A stretch of 64,000 nt of DNA from assembly GCA_030248215.1 (NCBI GenBank), contig JASANG010000611.1, positions 1 through 64,000 of the forward strand, written 5' to 3'. Positions 1-14,700 of the stretch are shown in pieces. The notes under the pieces are model-generated. The model did not search any database, was not told the DNA's origin, and was given only the letters and a program-made list of their open reading frames with translations. Each line of letters opens with the position of its first letter. Positions within the stretch are counted from its first letter, which is position 1. A program made the translations under genes and the position numbers. Source of the DNA: Enoplolaimus lenunculus (lineage: Eukaryota).

Positions 1-401
1 GCAGCGTTTTTCACTGAGGATTTTGGGAAAGTCGGATATTACCATGGAAATTGAGATTTTGGGCGCACAGTTGTTCGCTCGAGATTTTGAGAAATTGGGG
101 TTTTGGGCGCAGCATTTTTCGCTCCGGATTTTGGGAGATTCGGATATTACCCGGGAAATTGGGATTTTTGGTGACGCGCTTTTCGCTCGGGATTTTGGGC
201 GCAGCCATTTTCACTCGGGATTTTGGGAAATTTGGATGTTACCCGGGTAATTAGGATTTTTGGCGCAGCGTTTTTCGCTCGGGATTTTAGGAAATTGGGA
301 TTTTGGGCGCAGCGTTTTTCGCCCGGGATTTTGAGAAATTCGGATTCTGAGGAGTTAAGATACCACACGGGAAATTGGTATTTTGGGCGCAGCGTTTTTC
401 G
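1..401. repeat. Degenerate tandem repeat/minisatellite, truncated by window start
   Basis: Recurrent blocks GGGATTTTGGGCGCAGCGTTTTTCGCTC and GGATATTACCCGGGAAATT. The short ORFs here are by-products. Confidence 0.9.
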
Positions 402-2231
402 TTATAAATATATATCCTATAAATTAACATGATTCAAGATATTAACCAATATCAGATTGATGGCTCTAGCAATTTCGATAGTGAAATTTTCCATATATTA
501 TCGTTCGTTGCGTATGGCGTTAACTTTTGATGTAAGCTTAGCAGTCAATGGTCGGGATTTCTTAAAAATATACATGAAACCAATTTTTTGTCAACACTTG
601 ACAGAAGATAATTGATAGAATTAGCAATTGCCGCATTTTTAAACTGCCTAGTATCGTTTCACTTCTGGCTCAGGTATTTTTCATTTCCGATTTACACATC
701 TGTTTCCGGTAAAAATCGGTGTTGTGTTCGCTAAATAAATGCCAGGAATTTCGTTATGTTTGTACTCATAATCATAGTTGTACATTAACGTAAAATTTTC
801 AATTTTTCAATAGCGTCACAAATTAAAAAATTTAAGTTTACCTACTATTTTTCTTTAAAATCTTACAAAAACCCGTGAATATTTACATGCGTAAATTGTA
901 TGAGCAAAAGAATGAAACATCTTTTAAATACTACGTTGGTATCCGTTCTCCGTTTCCCTAGACCGCAAAACTCTTGTAATGTTCATGCCTATCTACCTGA
1001 AATAACTCAATGTCCCCGTGTCAACACAGCTCTTCACCATCCATTATAATTTAAAATAGCTCACCTACAAACGGTAAGACTTAGAATCTTTAGGTGGCTA
1101 CTTAGGAAACCAGCACGTGTTTGAGTCAGGGTGGCAACAATGATTCGGAATCGGCAAAAATTTGTGGTTCGGATTCAGTTGTAAGAAGCAGAATCCAAAT
1201 GGCAAAGTTTTTTCAATTTTAAAGAATAAAATTTTTTAATAACTTGTTCTATTAATAAAAAATTTTTGTTTCAGATCACAAATCTCAAAACTAAGGTCGG
1301 GCACGAAATATATTAACGTTTTACAGTTATGCGAGACATTGCATTGATATTCTGAAACAAATTATAGATATAATTGAAATTTGCAACATGCAAGATTCAG
1401 ATTCGGCAAATTAGCAATGGATTCGGATACTATCAGATCGTATATTTTGTACCACCATGGCTTGAGCAACAATTTTGAAAGTTCATGGCAAAAAATATTT
1501 CTAAAATACCAAAGTCATAGGTTAGTTGCTTCCATAAGTTCGTATTATGAATGTGACCGGATCTCAAACTATCAAATACTTGAGCCACAGTTGGATTGTG
1601 AATTTGATGCAAAAACCGGATGTCAACCGGATAGGACATCAAAATATAACGAAAGGTGGTTCACTCTCAACGCATTAGGCAATTTGTTCATTTAAAAGGC
1701 TACTTTTATTTCATAATCATCGAATTTTGAGAATCACTGCTTAGCATATAATTACTTGGGTTACTTATTTTTGATTAAGTTCGTACCTGAAACCTTTCAA
1801 TTTCTTTCCGTTGTGTTTTAATTTGCGTTTAGCATTAATAACCTGTTGTATGTAGCCTTAGGGTAGCCGATGCACTGCATTACGTAGTTAAGTTTGCTTA
1901 AAATAGGCATGTGTTGAAACAAATTTTTTTTCTACCGTTCCTGTCAGAAATCGCAGCAGGAACTAACTAATACGCAGGAACTAAAGGCAACTTCGTCATT
2001 TCTTGCGCACAGAGCTCAAGTATGTCAGGCCAAATTCATTGAGTTCGCAAAAAAACGGAACTATGTGTTTGTGTATACTTAATGTTTCGCTTCGGGTATA
2101 AATCATTTCTTTATGCCCAAGCTGAAACCGTTTCCTTTTTTATTAGCTCTTACTTCGATAATTTAATAGGTAATTTTATAATTTGCAGTACTTTTTTCAA
2201 AGTTGTATCGAAAAATACCCGTATTCACCAA

Positions 2232-4731
2232 ATGGATGGTATGATTGAGCTTGCCGAAGAGTCAGTAATTAACACGTACGGATCGGATTTTCCATCGCAT
2301 GCCGCGTCAAGCGGCCCGTGGTCAGCAGAAGTGTACGCTCGCTCGATCGGGGTCAAAATTGTTCACGAATCTAACGATGGGTTTGAGTTAGAATTCGATT
2401 TTATCAACGTCGATGCCCCGGTTTCGAACGCCCTGCGACGCGTTTTGATCGCTGAGTTGTCTACAGTTGCGATTGAAAAAGTTATTATTCGTCAGAATAC
2501 GAGTTTAATTCAAGACGAAGTACTCGCGCACCGCCTTGGCTTAATTCCGTTGAATGTCGATCCGCGTCGAGTTAAACACAACAGACGGATGGAACTGCAA
2601 AATCATCCAGGCGCTGATGCAGATTCTGGGGCGTCTTCCGCCGCTGTGCCGCAAGATTTGACACCAACTGCAGACGATACGATTGTTTTTAATATGAAAG
2701 TCAAATGTACACTGAAGCCGAAACCTGATCCAGATGCAACAACGGTCGAGCAAAAGTGTGATCACTCAAATGTGTATTCTAGCGATTTAGTCTGGGAACC
2801 AGTCGGTAAGTTGTAAAACTCGAGAGACGTCATATATATTCTCATTGAAAAGTATCTGGGCCACGAACTTTGATGTTTTTATGATGCGAAAGAAGTCTTG
2901 AAACACTCGACCAGGGATGGCGGCCTCGGTCTCGACTAGTCAGGGGATTTGGCTGGTTTCGGTCTCGGTCTCGCTTTTTCTGAGTTTCGGTGGTTTGCAA
3001 ATCGAGACCAAAGATGTGAAGAACCGATAAACAATTGCTATTAGCTGAGCTAGGTTAAGTTGAAGAAAGGACGTAGGTATGTTTTGCTCGTATTTTTTAC
3101 CAAATGTATATGCGCGAACCACTTAATATTGGGTACTTGACACATGTTTACTTCACTTCCCTTGACATTATGACTATTTTAATAGAAGACGTTAGGCATG
3201 GACGTGGGGAAGTAAACCAGTAAACAAAATTGCAAAGAATAAGCAAAGTGAATGACATTTTTGCAGAGTTGATCACCTAGTAATGTTATTAATATTGGCA
3301 GTGACGGTTAGATATAATCCGCTTAAATTCATTTTCATATGTGTGCAACGTCTGTTATAATTAGAGTTGATGATAGTTTTGTGAAAGTTTTCAATCATTG
3401 TTTTGTTCCGCCATCCCCGTTCGTTCACAAGAATATTTATCATTTTTTCAAAACTTTGTTTTACTTGACCCGTATTTCAGCCAATTATTTGAGCACAGAG
3501 GTCAAATATAAATCATGAGGTTGTATACTTACCACTCGCTGTTATCATGGTTTGTATATTATACCAGAAACTCCAGTCCTAATGAAGCAATGTTCGTTTC
3601 GGTCTATTTGCTTGATCATTCCTTGCGTTTAACGCTAGTGCCAGTAACATAAGTTTTTGGTGGTTTTGCATAAGAAAGTTTGAAAACGAAGTTTATTCCT
3701 CCAGGTCTCCAACAGGACTTGGGTGCGGTCTCTCTACAGTGAGTGAAGCTGCGAGTAATGGTTAAAGTAAAGCCTAAAGTTTGCAGAGGTTGCACGCAGT
3801 TTTTCTAAAGTGTGCAGAGATTGTACACAGTTTTTCTAAGATCCTCGAATTAAAAATCGAACGACAAGGTAACATTTTTAAAATTTTAATTGTATGAATT
3901 AAACGGCATTTCTGAGTAATTAAAAATATTCAAACTTTTGGTAGATTAATCTTATTGTTATTTTCAATAACGGAAAAAATTGATGACCGAAACCAAAAGT
4001 CTCGGTCTTGGTAGGTTAGGTCTACTTGACTGATAATTTATGTAAATATTCTTATGAGGCGCCGGTCAGTATAGCCATTTGTGTAGTTAATTTACGTGTA
4101 GGTTAGTATTTTAATGTGGGTCGATTTTGTGTTTTTTGCGTTGAACAAGCAACTAGGCGTGTTGTTTGTGCGTTTGCACGTGAGTTTCTTGTTCTGAACT
4201 TTACTAATAATAATATGCTTAGATTTAGGTAAACAATCAGAAACGTTTGCGCAACGCGAACCTCGACCGGTACACGGCGACATACTAATCGCGAAGCTGC
4301 GGCCTGGTCAAGAAATTGAGCTGTCTTGTTTGGCAGTCAAAGGAATCGGCCGGGATCACGCAAAATTTTCACCGGTCGCCACCGCGTCATATCGCCTGTT
4401 GCCTAAGATTGAGCTGCGAGCACCATTTACTGACCCGTATGATATTGATCGGTTACGAGAATCATTCTCACAAGGTGTTATTGAAGTCACCGAAATCGCT
4501 CCTGGTCAACAGCAAGCTTTTGTCGCGTCAGAACGTCACGATATGTGTAGTCGAAATATTTATCGATATCCGGAGTTGGCGGAAAAGGTTGAACTGTCAC
4601 GCAATCGTAGACATTTTATTTTTTCTGTCGAAAGTACTGGAGCATTGCAAAGCGCAACACTAGTGGTTGAGGCTTTCAGTCTGCTGCAGAACAAATGCCG
4701 GACGCTACTGAAAGAGTTGGACAAAATGTGA
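2232..4731 (+). CDS. POLR1C: RNA polymerase I/III shared subunit RPAC1 (RPC40), 2 exons, about 358 aa
   Basis: Exons 2232-2805 and 4229-4731, phase-1 GT-AG intron. Motifs NALRRVLIAE, NTSLIQDEVLAHRLGLIP, RPVHGDILIAKLRPGQEI and KGIGRDHAKFSPVATASYRLLP match RPC40. Confidence 0.96.
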
Positions 4732-5773
4732 TATGCGTTGTATGAATAGTGGACTCAGAATTCGGTAAAATGGCTTGTAGATGGCTAGTCCGTAGTATAC
4801 AGATTACGCTGTATGCCTTGATCAATGCAGGCTTGTATGCTGCCTAACAACGGCGCTGTACTTTTTAAATTTTTAATATCCGGCGAAGCACGTCGTTGTA
4901 TGTCGTCGTACGTCACCTTGCGGTATGGTTTGACGGACGACGCCGAACTCAAGTATAGCGCCAATTTAAAATTGGTGCTATACTTGCCCGACAGCGCCGT
5001 GAGTCAAAAATTTTTTATTTACATACGTATATTGATTTGCGGTGCCGTCTAGCACCTTACGGCAATTAGCGCAGGATGCCAGACAGTACCGGACGGCCCG
5101 GAGTTGTAACATCTGCTGTTGGAATTTTATTTGGTTTTTAATGCTGGTTTGTATTTCCTTGTTAAACACGAGTTTGCCTTCTGTTATGAAATGAAATAAA
5201 ATTGTTGTTTGTTTCTGAGTGTACTCATAAAGCGTTGAGTTGAGCTGTGATGGCCACACGAGTGTTATAAAGTATGGCTGTTGCCTAGATGTTTTGTCGA
5301 GAAGTGCTTTATTTTGCTTTAATTCAGTATCAAAACACGGAGATCAAGCCTATATCAGCACCATTCAACCGGTGTTTTTGGCTTATTTCGTGAAATAAAG
5401 CATCGAATAATTGGTGTTTTCTAACATTCCAGTTCACCCTGGCTAGAGCAGAAACTAACACGCAGTGTTTAATATCAACCGATTTTAGTGGTGTTTACGT
5501 TAGGACAGAACAGTTCTTCCTGCTGCAATTTTTGATTACGATGGTATAACAGGGATGTTTGAAACCGTGTTCCGTTCTACGAAACAATCTATTTTTCTAT
5601 GGGCATAACTGGAAAAGTTCGTAAAAATTTCTGGAAAGTGGGTAAAAACGCGAAAGGGAATTTGACTTGTAGCCCCCTGGCTAGGCATTTGCTTGGCTAT
5701 CAACTGATCATTACCAAAGCGAGCGAAGTTAAACTATAATTATTTAAAAGATATAAGAAAGTACATTCGCTTA

Positions 5774-8700
5774 ATGTCTGCTCAAAAGGTCGCACCGTTT
5801 GGCAGTTGGGAATCGTCAATTACAAGTGCTACTGTCACTGAAAAGTGTCGTTATTTTCGAGGTTGTGTGATTCATGTCCATCCGACAACAAGTAATGCTT
5901 TTATATGTCGTGCCCTCCGCAATAATTTAACCATATCGTCAACATGGTTAGGCAAAGCACCAATTGTCGCTCTGGCTAGCCACCACAACGGCTCATGACT
6001 GGTCCATTTGTGAGCAGCTCGCATACTGAGCATCATAGTGCTGTTAACCATTCAGGCGCCATTGCTACGCTGGATAACCAGTGTAATGTAACAATTTATG
6101 CCGTGGCTAGCCAAATTGACAATATAGTTGAGTTGGTGCCGTGGTTACGACATATGTTGTTAGGTAGGACGATATTTATTGGAAGTTTGGATGCATTATT
6201 AGGTATTTGAAACAAGGTCGAAACGTATTAATTAATGCCTGCAATAGATGGGCAGCGGATATCTCGGATACGAAAAATGTTCGAATAATTAGTACGCTAA
6301 ACCAGTCATCCAACGCAAAAATGACACAATTGGCCTCATTCAGCTTCTCCCTCCCCATCTGTCTGCGCAGCTTAGGGGAATTTTAGAAATTACCATAAAT
6401 ATTTACTTCTAAATAACTCTTGGTGCATAATCTTTTTTCTGCATTTCGTTATTGTAGAGTCAGTGTTTTGGAACGAATCACGACCGGATCAAAATGGAAA
6501 AGTTGTGATATGTTCCGCTACTGTTGAGCAACAAACAAATGGTATACCTATTACCTGCAGATGAGAATTTTAATTTTGTTAAACATCAGTAATTTTCAAA
6601 AGTTTAAGCATCAGTAATTTTCAAAAGAAATAAATTGGTTTATGCGTTATAGGTTCCCTATCTCTGTTATGTTTCAAACAATATGCTTCACTGATTTACT
6701 ACCGTATAAACGTAAAATTTTCACACTACTGAGAATTGCCGGTTTTAAACAAATGTTTGTTTTTAAGAAGTAGCAATTTTGCGGTATAAATCTTTACCAT
6801 AAGCGGTCTAGACGGCTTGTTCAATGAAATGTTAACTACGTATTTTGCGCAAAACAATGAAGTTTAAAGTCGGAATAAATTTTGGTGCAAGGTTTTGTGA
6901 TAAAAGCGATAGATAAAAGGGTTCATGCGGAAAAAAGTTAGTCTCGGCCTGTTTAGATCGAGGAAAAGAGGAAAATATAAAAATTATTTGCTATTCAGGA
7001 ACGTTCACTCAATGGACTCATGGCGCTTCAAGTGCGCGAAGTGCTGTGCATGAATATGGTGGCGGCGCTTTTTGGTTACATGATGATGATATTCAGGACG
7101 GGTCACGACTCCCGCGAGTGTATTTCGTTGATGCTGCAGATCAGCGCATTTATCAACAAAACGACCCAAATTCGACTGCTGAGCCAATAACACCTGCAAA
7201 TAATGAATGCCGATATGCGGATGGTGTTTTTAAAAATGTAATGCATTGCAAGATTTCAATCTTAAAGCAAGATTTTAATAACGGTTTCAGGGATGGATCC
7301 AGACGGGGGCGGAGCGACACCGCATTAGGAAAATTGTATGATAAAACAGTAAACCTGATGCCTCAGAAATTTTCACTTTTGTGCTGCGAAAATGGCGTTT
7401 GGCTTCCCGCTCGCTTCTCTCGCAAGACTTCTTTTGCTACGTACATGTTGCGCTCGTGTTCATTGGAATATTTTTGACGAAATATGGTTAGGTCCCTGCC
7501 GTACAAATTGCTACTTTGTGCCACGCCGACGGTCGGAAATTTCTGAACCGCCCACCGGCCTTTGTTGACGCATGCGGTTTTGCGTACTGTTCAATGCGTA
7601 GTTTTTGAAATGCGTGTAATCTCTTATTGAATGTGTCACTAATGTTTACGATGGGAATCTGTGAAAAATCCAAGAATTTGTGTCAATCCTGAGTTTAGAT
7701 CGGCAAAATATTAACAAAATATGTGCTGTCGTCTTTGTCCTTATACTTGGCCATACAACTATTGAAATTACTTTAGCTCATCTGTTTCCCTAATATGAGT
7801 TTCGGCCAGCTGATCGTCCCCAATTGTATCTGTTTGTTACTTAAAATCGTTATTTATGTCGCCTGCTGGTATTCAAAAGTGGGTATGCTGTTTGGGTAAT
7901 TTATTTTGTCCGGTGCGTATCATAATTATTCCATGTTCTCACTACTTCTTTATTGAGCGAAGTAAAACTCCGAGCAAAGCTCGGAGTTTCGCGAAGCGTT
8001 TTATGTTTTGTACTCTGGGGTGGAAAGGTGGATGTCCATCCGTCCGTTTGTCCGTCCGAAAAGAATCTCAGGAACGAGTGAACCGATTTTGATAAACTTT
8101 TTTTGTTTGAAAGCCAATTATCCTGGAGTGTTAACCTCGCATTGGTGTTTTAAAATTTTAAGCCGTTTATTAGCTATAGGCTGATTTGCATAATTAGTTA
8201 AGCCTAAATTAGGACTTTCTGCATTATTTCACTAATTATTATAGTTACAGACAATCTAATTTCAGCATTAAAGGGTTTTTGGGTCCGAGGAATCTGAATA
8301 GATTGTTTACAAACCTCTTAAAGCGATAAGTGAGCAGTTAACTAATAGATAATTCGCATATGAACATAGTTTGTAAGCTTAAAATAGGACTTTTTACAAT
8401 AATTACTACTTATTAAGGTTAAAAGCAATCCAATTTCAGCACTAAAGGGTTTTAGGTGCGAAGAATTTGAATAAATCGTTTACAATCCTCTAAAAACCAA
8501 TAATTGAATGGTTAGCAAATAGCTAATTTGCATATTAGCTTAATTGACAAGACAAAATTAAGAATTTTTAAATTATTTCAATAATTATTAGGGTTACGGA
8601 AGGTTTTTCGGTGCGAGGAATCTGAATAGATCGTTTACAAACCTCTAAAACCGATAATCGAGCAATTAGCTAATGGATAATTTGGATATAAGCATAATTG

Positions 8701-11700
8701 ATAAGCCTAAATTAGACATTTTTACAATATTTCACTAATTATTAGGGTTACAAGCAATTTAATTTCAGCAATGATTGATTTTTGGGTGCGAGGAATCTCA
8801 ATAAATTGTTTACAAACCTCCAAAACCGAGAAATGAATAGTTAGCTAATAACTAATTTGCATATTACCCTAATTGCTTACGTATGTTCGAGCTTCGCTCA
8901 ATAAATGTAGTCCCACTACGACTGGTATTATTTTCAGGTTGAGATATTTTATGTTTCTAAATTAGTTAATGTTTAGGGCAAAATTTATTGTGTGTGTGAA
9001 GATCACTCGGTGATTAGTTCAAACCAATCAAAAGAACCCGAAAATTATTTAGTTGCGCTGGATGTTGCCACAAAAGAGCTGAACGTTTTGGTAAGTAGCT
9101 AAAATGTTATAAATCTGTATTCTCTGCCTGAATATATTATGTATGTATCCCTACGTATATTCTGTTTCGTTGGATAGTGCAACAGTGGCTGGGTTCCAAC
9201 CCCTACTTAAGTACGACTTTTGTACTAAGTAATTACTTAACCATTTTGTCGTTTTTAAAAGCATACTTGACATAAGTAAATACTTAAGTCGCTGACTAAA
9301 TTTTAATGGATTCCATATTAACCGTTCAAGTATACTGTTTTTGGTGTAATTGAAATTGTAGACCCATTGTGCCTACGTAATCTAAAGCAAACTTATTTTT
9401 GCCTGTTATGACAATGGCTGACTTTTAGCTTTTATTTGGATTTGCTCAAAAATTTAAGTATTTACTTAAGTGGACGAGTAAAGTAAGCACTTAAGTATAA
9501 CTTAAGTAAATACTAAGTAAGATTTCAGAAACCGAGGCAGTGTTTTTGAAGTTTAAAAACTTGCTAATCCATGCCAAACATAAACCGATCATATTTTCAC
9601 CGTTTTCGAGTTGTTGGCTGTTAGAAGATTTTATTGTAGCTCAATTTTCTTCAATCTGGACGAGAAAGTTTATTTGTCTCTTGTTAACATTTGACTGGTA
9701 GCCGGAAGTCCTAAAGAACATGGTTTGTTTAGATGCCATTTTCTAGTTTATTCTACAAAACATCTTAAAAGCAATGTTAATTAATAGTTTTAAGTTCGAT
9801 GTGAATGTCAGTATTAGTAGAACACTTTAATATTGCATCTGAGTAAGATTTCAGGCAAGGGGAGCAGATTTTTATTCATCGCCAACGGTTTCGTCAGATG
9901 GGAAAAAGATTGCTTGGGTTCAGTGGAATCATCCGAATATGGTGAGTTATTTTCATTTAACTACTTGAACGTTCAAATTGTATAACGCTGCTCTAGAACA
10001 TTTAGATCATGACAGGGAATACTTCTCTATAAAAGTTGGTGTGGCGTTATACTTATCGTGCGGCGCCATCCGTTACTGTCCACCACTGTCCGTCACCATG
10101 CTGTATTGTACGCGAGTGATTAGCGTATAATACCTCGCCGTTACGCACGGTGACGGACGGCGACTGACGGCACTGGACGTCCGCAAAAGTAAAGCGACTG
10201 CGGTATTTAAAACTTTATATACAGGTTATCTTGATCAACAACTCAAATCATGAGTAATATTGAAGTAAAGAATTCCATTCTATACTGGTTTTCGACAAAC
10301 CACAAAGCGCTAAATGCGAAAAAATATATAGCTTGAGTAATGCTACAAATAAGGCCCAAGAATGATTTACTTAAATGCATACAATCTCTGACACTCGTTT
10401 CTTGCCTAGTTTATGCTTTATAGCATTATGTGTTAGGTTTTATACTATGTATGTAATATGATGGATAACTTTTATAGCATATTGTGGAAGTGAAATTGTT
10501 GAGAAAGTGCGATTTAGCGCTTATATGCTAGGTAACAGTGGTTTGCTTATTAGTAACTGTGTTTGATAGTTTTTGTTGTGTTTATTTAAATACGCATTTA
10601 AATTTTATAGCCGTGGGATACGACAGAAATATGCGGAGCTGTACTCGGCATCAATGGTTTACCGGTCGAAAACTTAACCGTAAAGGTATCCATGATCATA
10701 TCACTGTTGATTATACAAAATTGGTTTAAGATACAGTATTATTGATTGAAATTAGGTAATGTTAAACATAATAATGCATCATTCTCGATCGTTTGGATTC
10801 TTGATTTGTTGTTGAAGATCGACTGCAGTATATCTAGCTGGAACCTTCAAAACACGGACATATTTTGGACATTTTTTCAGCATCAGCAGTTTTTAAAATA
10901 CCATGTTAAACTTTTACGATTGTACTGAAAACTTTTATGTGCTACAAAATCTTTTCAGTTCTTGGCGTAATAAACCTTGTAACTTCTTTGACTAGAAAAC
11001 ACGTTTTGTCTGTAGTAAAATCTTTGCTGCTGTAACTAATATCAGATACGTTGTCAAAACGATGTTAGTTATTCAAGTCCACAATATCCTGTGTGGTCAC
11101 CTTCGGAAACAAGTGATGAACTGTTTTACGTTTCTGACGAAACCAACTGGTGGAATTTGTATCGCTTGATTCGTGGGAATACGCTCAGTACAGAAGGAGT
11201 GACTGCGAATCAAGTATATCCTTGTGAAGCAGAGCAAGTAAGTATAGCAGTACAAATACCATGACTAGTTTTTCCATAGTTGGGCGAAATATGTTTACAA
11301 ATCGAGGGAGGGGGCAAATTGAGTTTGAGAGGCTTGCCGAGTTGAGGCCACCCCCTCGTTACTGAACTTTCAGTGCATTAACAGTGTCTTACTTGTGAAT
11401 AAGTCATGCAGAGGAAGTGTTTTGCTCTGTAAAATTACCCGCCAATACCGAAGCTGTTATTTGGCGAGACGCAGCAGTTGATAACATTTTTCTCGAGCGT
11501 TTGCTTACTAATGCAAGAATAGCGTTTTTATTGTCTGCATTTCGATTCAAACAATTTTACTTATTTTTTGTTTATATTTTGCGTTCCGTAAAATAAAGTT
11601 TTGTTCCAGGATGGACCTCAGTGGTCGTTCGGCAACAAACCATTTGATGTTGGAGTTAATTCGGAAACCGGAACGAAGCAAGCAGTTATAACGGTAGATA

Positions 11701-14700
11701 AGTATCAAGTGAGTCTTAAAAGTAGGTTTTCAATTATTGCGTTCTTAATATTGTTATGAAGACTTATTGCGAACCATTGCTATATTACTGTGTTATCTTA
11801 TAGTCTAAGGTACTATGTTTACTTGTTTTTGTAATGCCACCTTTGTGATAATATTCGGTTTGTTTGAGGTATATTAATGCTTTTGTATTTTTGTGAAATT
11901 GTATTTTCAGGAATTGTGGCAAATTGTAATTTCAGGGATCATGGATGGCTAATTGTATTTTCAGGAACTGTGGCTCGTTGATCTTGATTCTGGCAGTAAA
12001 CGACAACTTAAAACTGGATATCAGTTTCACAACTGTGTTCGGTTGTGTAATTCAACAAATCGAGTTTATTTCATCGGGGGATGTCCTGATAAATTTTCTG
12101 CCGTGGTTGCTTATGATTTAAAAACTGATCAGGTTTTTTATACTTTTACTCAGTATTGCTACTTGAATGCATAGTTTAATAATAACTGTCTGTTTTGTAT
12201 ATTGCACCTGCATGGCTTACCAAAATGTGCTCAAATTAATATTTTCACTTTCGACTGTTTAATTCAGCAGTGTATAATTCTTATGCTATCGAATATTTTT
12301 TGCTTTTGTTTGTTTGTTTTTGTTGAGTCATGTATCTTTCGTTAACGCAGCATTACAGGCTAAGGAGGCTTTAGCTGAAAGACACGACCTGAGGCAAACT
12401 AAAAGTAGTTGAAGTTTGCTCCCCACTAAAAATAATTTTTTGTTTTCATAATGCATTTCAAACAACAGTAAATTTTTAAAGGTTTATAGGGTAACGTTCT
12501 ACAAATGTCGCCTTGTGCCATGTTAATAATATATTAAATGTTGTGCTTTAGGTTGTCGTTATACGTCCTGCAACTGAAAGCTCAGTGCCAAACGGATTCA
12601 TATCCGTTCCAACTCATGTGACATTCCCGACGACGCAGGATTCAATGGGGTCGGTTGCTCACGCTTATTACTATCCACCAGCGGTAAGCGAACATTTTTA
12701 AACAAGAAATGGGTTACATTTTATGTACGTTTTAGCTGGTGGTTTACAACTGGAGCGTGTGGGACATCCGTTAGGCGAAAGCAATTCAAACTCGAATTGC
12801 TCCCAGTTCCAGCTCGACTCCCTATCGAGAGTTTTCCCCGGGTTGAACGTTTATATAAGGCTAGACATAAAACTGTTTTAAAATCTAGTTGAGATACTCA
12901 GTAATCGCAATTTTTCTATCCACTTATAACAAATAGCTGTGTTCTCTATTGTTTCGCATATATCGACGGTTAGTAGTAGCAAGAGTCGATAATAAGAGTG
13001 TGCAACTTCCAAAAATACGCGTGGCATAAAAAGTACCACCGCGCGTTGCGTTTTGCCCTTATTTAGGGGGGTCAACTGCACACAGAACTCAGTTGAACCT
13101 AAATCAAGAATACAATCGAACAATGTTTGCACTGTGTATCGCAACAGTATTTTCCTGCGATCAAGGTTTCAACCCCCCCCCCCAAATGAGGGTGGGGGGT
13201 AAGGGGAAAACGCAACGCGTGCCAGGTACATTCTTTAATACACAGAATGTACCCAGTTGCACACTCTTGTTATAAAGAGTGACCAACCACTTTTGGCAGT
13301 AGGGTTTGAAACAAAGCGAAGTGTTGCAGCTGCCGGTTTTCAGATCAGCTCAGAATGCAAAAAATATGCGAGGTAACAACCTTCACCGTTCATTGGTTCG
13401 AATTTTCTTGAAATGTAGCAAAGTGGTGATAGGTGCTACATACGTTTTGCGTAAACCGAGAAACAAGAGGTTTGCTTTTGCGAATAAATAAGAAGCCTTA
13501 TCAACGCTGTACATTGCAATATAAAACGTGTACATTTTGTGTTAGTGTGCGTAGTTGACTTGTTAGAACGCGAATGCTATGTTGTGCTGTGGAAAACTAA
13601 TAGGGCAGGAGTTGTGGCAAGTATGTTTTTAGAATCCCAATTTTTGCGGCCCGAATAACGCGCTGCCACCGCTGCTCGTAACGGCTCATGGTGGTCCAAC
13701 CGGAGCTACGTTTCCCACGTTATCACTTCAACGTCTATACTACACCAGTCGCGGTTTCGCAGTGCTTGATGTCAACTATCGTGGGTCAACGGGATATGGT
13801 AGGAAGTTTAGAAAGGTGTTGTATGGCAAGTAAGTTTACTTTAAATAAACTACATACATTATTTGATCAGGGTATATAGTGGGTTTTAGCCGTTTTAAAC
13901 TACCTGGTAGATAGCTTTGTTGCACATCATATTATTCTTTGGCACTAAAATGAGAACGCTTGGTATTTTTCAATAACTCTTTCATTAATATACGAAGGCA
14001 AAAACACTGGCCTTTTACCCGTACCTTGCCACGCTAATTATCAACCTTAGACTACTACAGTATTAGCTTGAGATGCGGCAGACAATATTTTGTGAGTGCT
14101 TTGTTTGATCTTTAAGTGTTGGCGTATACGATGTTGATGATGTCTGTTATGGTGCTTTGCATTTAGTCAAACAAGGCAAGGTTGACCCAGCTAAATTGTG
14201 CATTACTGGTGGCTCGGCTGGTGGATATGTTGTACTCGCCGCGTTAACATTCAGAGATGTGTTTCATGTCGGTATGTAAATGGTGTATAACTAAAGTGGT
14301 TTCGGAAGAGAAATTCGTTAATTTGCGGCGAGCAAACACGGGGGCACTTTTGTAGTTCCCCCATATTACAAAAGTCTACCCCCGTCACAATAATTTCATT
14401 TTCAGGGGGACTGTCGCCCCCTGAACCCCCTGCGATTTGAAAGGGTATAGTTTTTGTAAGACAAGAAAACAAATCATTTTTATGTTGCAAGTGAAAATGT
14501 TCCCCCTCCACATCTCCGTGTGGCTTGCGGGATTACAAAAGTGTAAACACGGGTGTACTCTGGATTTTGGGAAGGGTGGTTTTGCTTTATAAGAATTTCG
14601 AAGGAGCGTTTTTCGTGTTATCAAACTTAAAATATTTGTAAAACCTCTAGAAAATCAAAAAAGGGTGCCTGGCCCTTGAAACTCCCAACTCCGCCATTTC

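Noticed and set aside
1..401. CRISPR-like array (also the 8190-8875 and 24344-24685 repeats)
   Set aside because: Eukaryotic context, degenerate tandem units without unique spacers, no cas genes.
2082..2231. Upstream ATG for POLR1C
   Set aside because: Homology starts near the ATG at 2232 and the extension looks like AT-rich UTR.
6168..6240. DDIYW...KQGRNVL resembling an alternative peptidase exon 2
   Set aside because: The acceptor phase does not match exon 1 and the similarity is weak; exon 6458-6541 fits properly.
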